Assembly (NCBI GenBank): GCA_030390025.1 | Contig: CM059433.1 | Coordinates: 6,884,001 to 6,948,000 of the forward strand | DNA length: 64,000 nt | Reading direction: 5' to 3' | DNA from: Squalus acanthias | Lineage: Eukaryota | In this document: positions 61,262 to 64,000 of the stretch, piece by piece | How positions within the stretch are numbered: the first letter of the stretch is position 1 | Layout: each line of letters begins with the position of its first letter | The notes under the pieces: generated by a model | What the model was told of the DNA's origin: nothing | The model's input: only the letters and a program-made list of their open reading frames with translations | The model's database searches: none | Position numbers and translations under genes: made by a program

Positions 61262-61890
61262 TCCAAGTGAGAGGGGCGCCCGTCCCGCGCCGCTGGGGAG
61301 AGGGGGAGCGNNNNNNNNNNNNNNNNNNNNNNNNNNNNNNNNNNNNNNNNNNNNNNNNNNNNNNNNNNNNNNNNNNNNNNNNNNNNNNNNNNNNNNNNNN
61401 NNNNNNNNNNNNNNNNNNNNNNNNNNNNNNNNNNNNNNNNNNNNNNNNNNNNNNNNNNNNNNNNNNNNNNNNNNNNNNNNNNNNNNNNNNNNNNNNNNNN
61501 NNNNNNNNNNNNNNNNNNNNNNNNNNNNNNNNNNNNNNNNNNNNNNNNNNNNNNNNNNNNNNNNNNNNNNNNNNNNNNNNNNNNNNNNNNNNNNNNNNNN
61601 NNNNNNNNNNNNNNNNNNNNNNNNNNNNNNNNNNNNNNNNNNNNNNNNNNNNNNNNNNNNNNNNNNNNNNNNNNNNNNNNNNNNNNNNNNNNNNNNNNNN
61701 NNNNNNNNNNNNNNNNNNNNNNNNNNNNNNNNNNNNNNNNNNNNNNNNNNNNNNNNNNNNNNNNNNNNNNNNNNNNNNNNNNNNNNNNNNNNNNNNNNNN
61801 NNNNNNNNNNTGTTTATTTTGGTTATATTTCACTCTTTTAAATCAACACTGACGATCCGTTTCTGCGGAGTCTCGACAACAACTTGACAA
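61262..61890 (-). promoter_or_regulatory. TAF1B: Probable TAF1B CpG-island promoter and exon 1, mostly hidden in an assembly gap (N at 61311-61810)
   Basis: GC/CpG-rich sequence (gaggggcgcccgtcccgcgccgctggggag) runs into the gap about 400 bp upstream of exon 2. No candidate short ATG-bearing first exon was found in the sequenced flanks. Confidence 0.6.
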
Positions 61891-62214
61891 CTTCAGCCTA
61901 TCAGGCCAGAATTTCAGTAGTTGCTGTGAGTTTTGTTTAAATGCAGCGATTAATGACCAAACACAAATGCTCATATTTGCAGAAGGATTTAGATCAGTCG
62001 GATAGAAAAATTGGAACTGAAATTTAACACTGATAAACGTAAACTATTGCTCGCCGTTGAAGACTTAAAGACAAACATAACTGTACAATAAATGAAAATG
62101 AATTAGCACACGGAGACTTAGAATAGTAACCATGTCACGTTCAATTCCTAGACAATATGACAAAGCAATTAAAAACTAATAGAATGCTGGAATATCAATT
62201 CCATGTAATGTTAA

Positions 62215-63118
62215 AAAAGAAAGACTTGCATTTATATAGCGCCTTTCACGACCACCGGACGTCTCAAAGCGCTTTACAGCCAATGAAGTACTTTTGAAAT
62301 ATTTTTTTTAAATTCAAATACCTGTACAACTCATCAATTACATAGTAAATCCATCACAGTAAAAAAATAAAGCCTTAAAAACAGCCTTATAATTAATATA
62401 AATGCAATGATTACTTTTACAAATAATCAATAATGTTTACAGCACAAATACCCTTAAACAATACCACACAACCTTTTAGATTTAAAATAATAAATCTCAA
62501 GGTTAACTCCACATAAAAAACCATTTCAACACCACAGTGTACAAACACATAGCGCCATCATAATCCAATTAAATGCTACAGATAACACTTATTCCAATAA
62601 ACCAAGAAAAAACCCGTTTTACGCCAGTCCTACTGGCATTGTTCGTTCGATCATTCATTCAATTGTTCGTTCGTTCATTCAAGCGTTCGTTCGTTCGTTC
62701 GATCGAGCGTAAGTTCCAATATGTATGTATGAATGCGTGCGTGCGTATATGAAGTACTTTTGAAGGGTAGTCAGTGTTGTAATGTGGGAAACGCAGCAGT
62801 CGATTTGCGCACAGCAAGCTCCCGCAAACAGCGATGTGATAATGACCAGATAATCTGTTTTAGTGATGTTGATTGAGGGAGAAATATTGGCCGCTGGACA
62901 CCGGGGATAACTCCCCTGCTCTTCTTCGAAATAGTGCCCATGGGATCTTTTACATCCACCTGAGAAAGCAGACGGGGCCTCGGTTTAACATCTCAGCACC
63001 TCTGACAGTGCAGCACTCCCTCAGCCTGGATTGTTTGTACTCAAGTCTTTGGAGTGGGATTATGAACCCGCCACTTTCTGACTCAAGAGGCCAGGGAGCT
63101 ACCAACTGAGCCACAGCT
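62215..63118 (-). mobile_element. DeuSINE/SacSINE1-like SINE split by a 450-bp insertion
   Basis: tRNA-like head (TGTGGCTCAGTTGGTAGC on the minus strand), Deu-like body and L2-like tail, with ATGAAGTACTTTTGAA duplicated around the insert. Confidence 0.85.
62299..62748 (-). mobile_element. Unclassified insertion with a 16-bp TSD (probably a 5'-truncated retroposon 3' UTR)
   Basis: TSD at 62283-62298 and 62749-62764, a short T-run at the left end, and (GTTC)n and (ATGT)n microsatellites at the right end. Confidence 0.6.
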
Positions 63119-63756
63119 GCACAAGGTTACAGTGAATGTGCTACGACTTTACAACACACTGGTCAGACCACATTTGGCATAGTGTAATCAATTCTACTCG
63201 GCATGTTACTAAACATGAAATTACATTGTAGAGGGTGCAGGAAAAAAACATCAAGACTGATCACGTGTAAATAGGATGAGCTACGAAGAAACATTAGAGA
63301 AGTTCAACTTTTACACTGAAGAAAAACAGCTGAATGGGACCTCATCATAACATATAAAATATTTAATGGTTTCGATATGATAAACTGGAATATTAATTCA
63401 AAGTAGCTTCACACCAGAAGGAAGTGGATGTAATACAAAAACAAGTGGTGCAAAAATGGTCAACTTATGAAGTTAAAACAAACTCTGCTGGCCCGCTATA
63501 TCACCATTACTACTTGAATGATTGAAAAAAACTATTTACAGCTGATTACAATGCTTATTACACTAGCAGTGTGAGACCAGTGGGCAGCGCTTCATGCATG
63601 CCTTCCCCAACTTTATTGCAATGAAAATATACTCCTATTTGTATCACTGTAAAAGTAGAGCTGAAACCATCTGTGCCCTATCCAAGTGATATTAATCATT
63701 TTTCTCCTCTCCTTCCCTATTGTGTCCTTTTTTTCAACAACTCCCATTTGTATAAA

Positions 63757-63945
63757 GAAAGAACATGCATTTATATAGCGCCATTCACAGCCAATTAAGT
63801 AATTTTGAAGTGTAGTCACTGTTTGTAATGTAAGGAAACATGGCAACCAATTTGCGCACAGCAAGCTCCCACAAACAACAATGAGATAAATAACCAGATA
63901 ATCTGTTTTAATAATGTTGAGGGATAAATGTTAGCCAGGACAATG
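63757..63945 (-). mobile_element. DeuSINE-like 3' fragment
   Basis: GCATTTATATAGCGCC...TTTGCGCACAGCAAGCTCCCACAAAC...ACCAGATAATCTG, shared with 62215-63118. Confidence 0.75.
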
Positions 63946-64000
63946 TAGCACCATTTTTCTTCACTTTTGCATGTGTTTTCTCTTACTCAAGAGTAAGAGA

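Noticed and set aside
61203..61887. ORFs of about 200 aa in the ORF track
   Set aside because: These are artefacts of translating the N gap.

Overview
Eukaryotic genomic DNA, most likely from a shark or other cartilaginous fish (inferred from the repeat set: HE1-type V-SINE, DeuSINE-like SINEs, abundant CR1 and L2 LINEs, Penelope elements). It holds ten consecutive coding exons (exons 2-11 by human numbering, 1141 nt) of TAF1B, an RNA polymerase I SL1 subunit, on the minus strand. All ten have GT-AG borders and compatible phases. Exon 1 probably lies in the 500-N gap at 61311-61810, and exons 12 onward lie beyond the left edge. The introns are packed with nested transposons. Highlights: (1) a non-autonomous TIR DNA transposon (28339-33781) splits a CR1 RT frame exactly; it contains a C-terminally truncated, TSD-flanked histone H2A retrocopy just downstream of CCAAT and E-box motifs. 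(2) A 2.3-kb hAT element (56954-59270) with a perfect 8-bp TSD carries unique-looking, promoter-like cargo and is a Pack-TIR candidate. (3) Penelope remnants place minimal hammerhead ribozyme motifs in the sense of the TAF1B pre-mRNA; one forms a palindrome with 191-bp arms. (4) Five levels of transposon nesting can be resolved. Family names come from my recall of consensus sequences, not database searches, and borders of degraded repeats are approximate.
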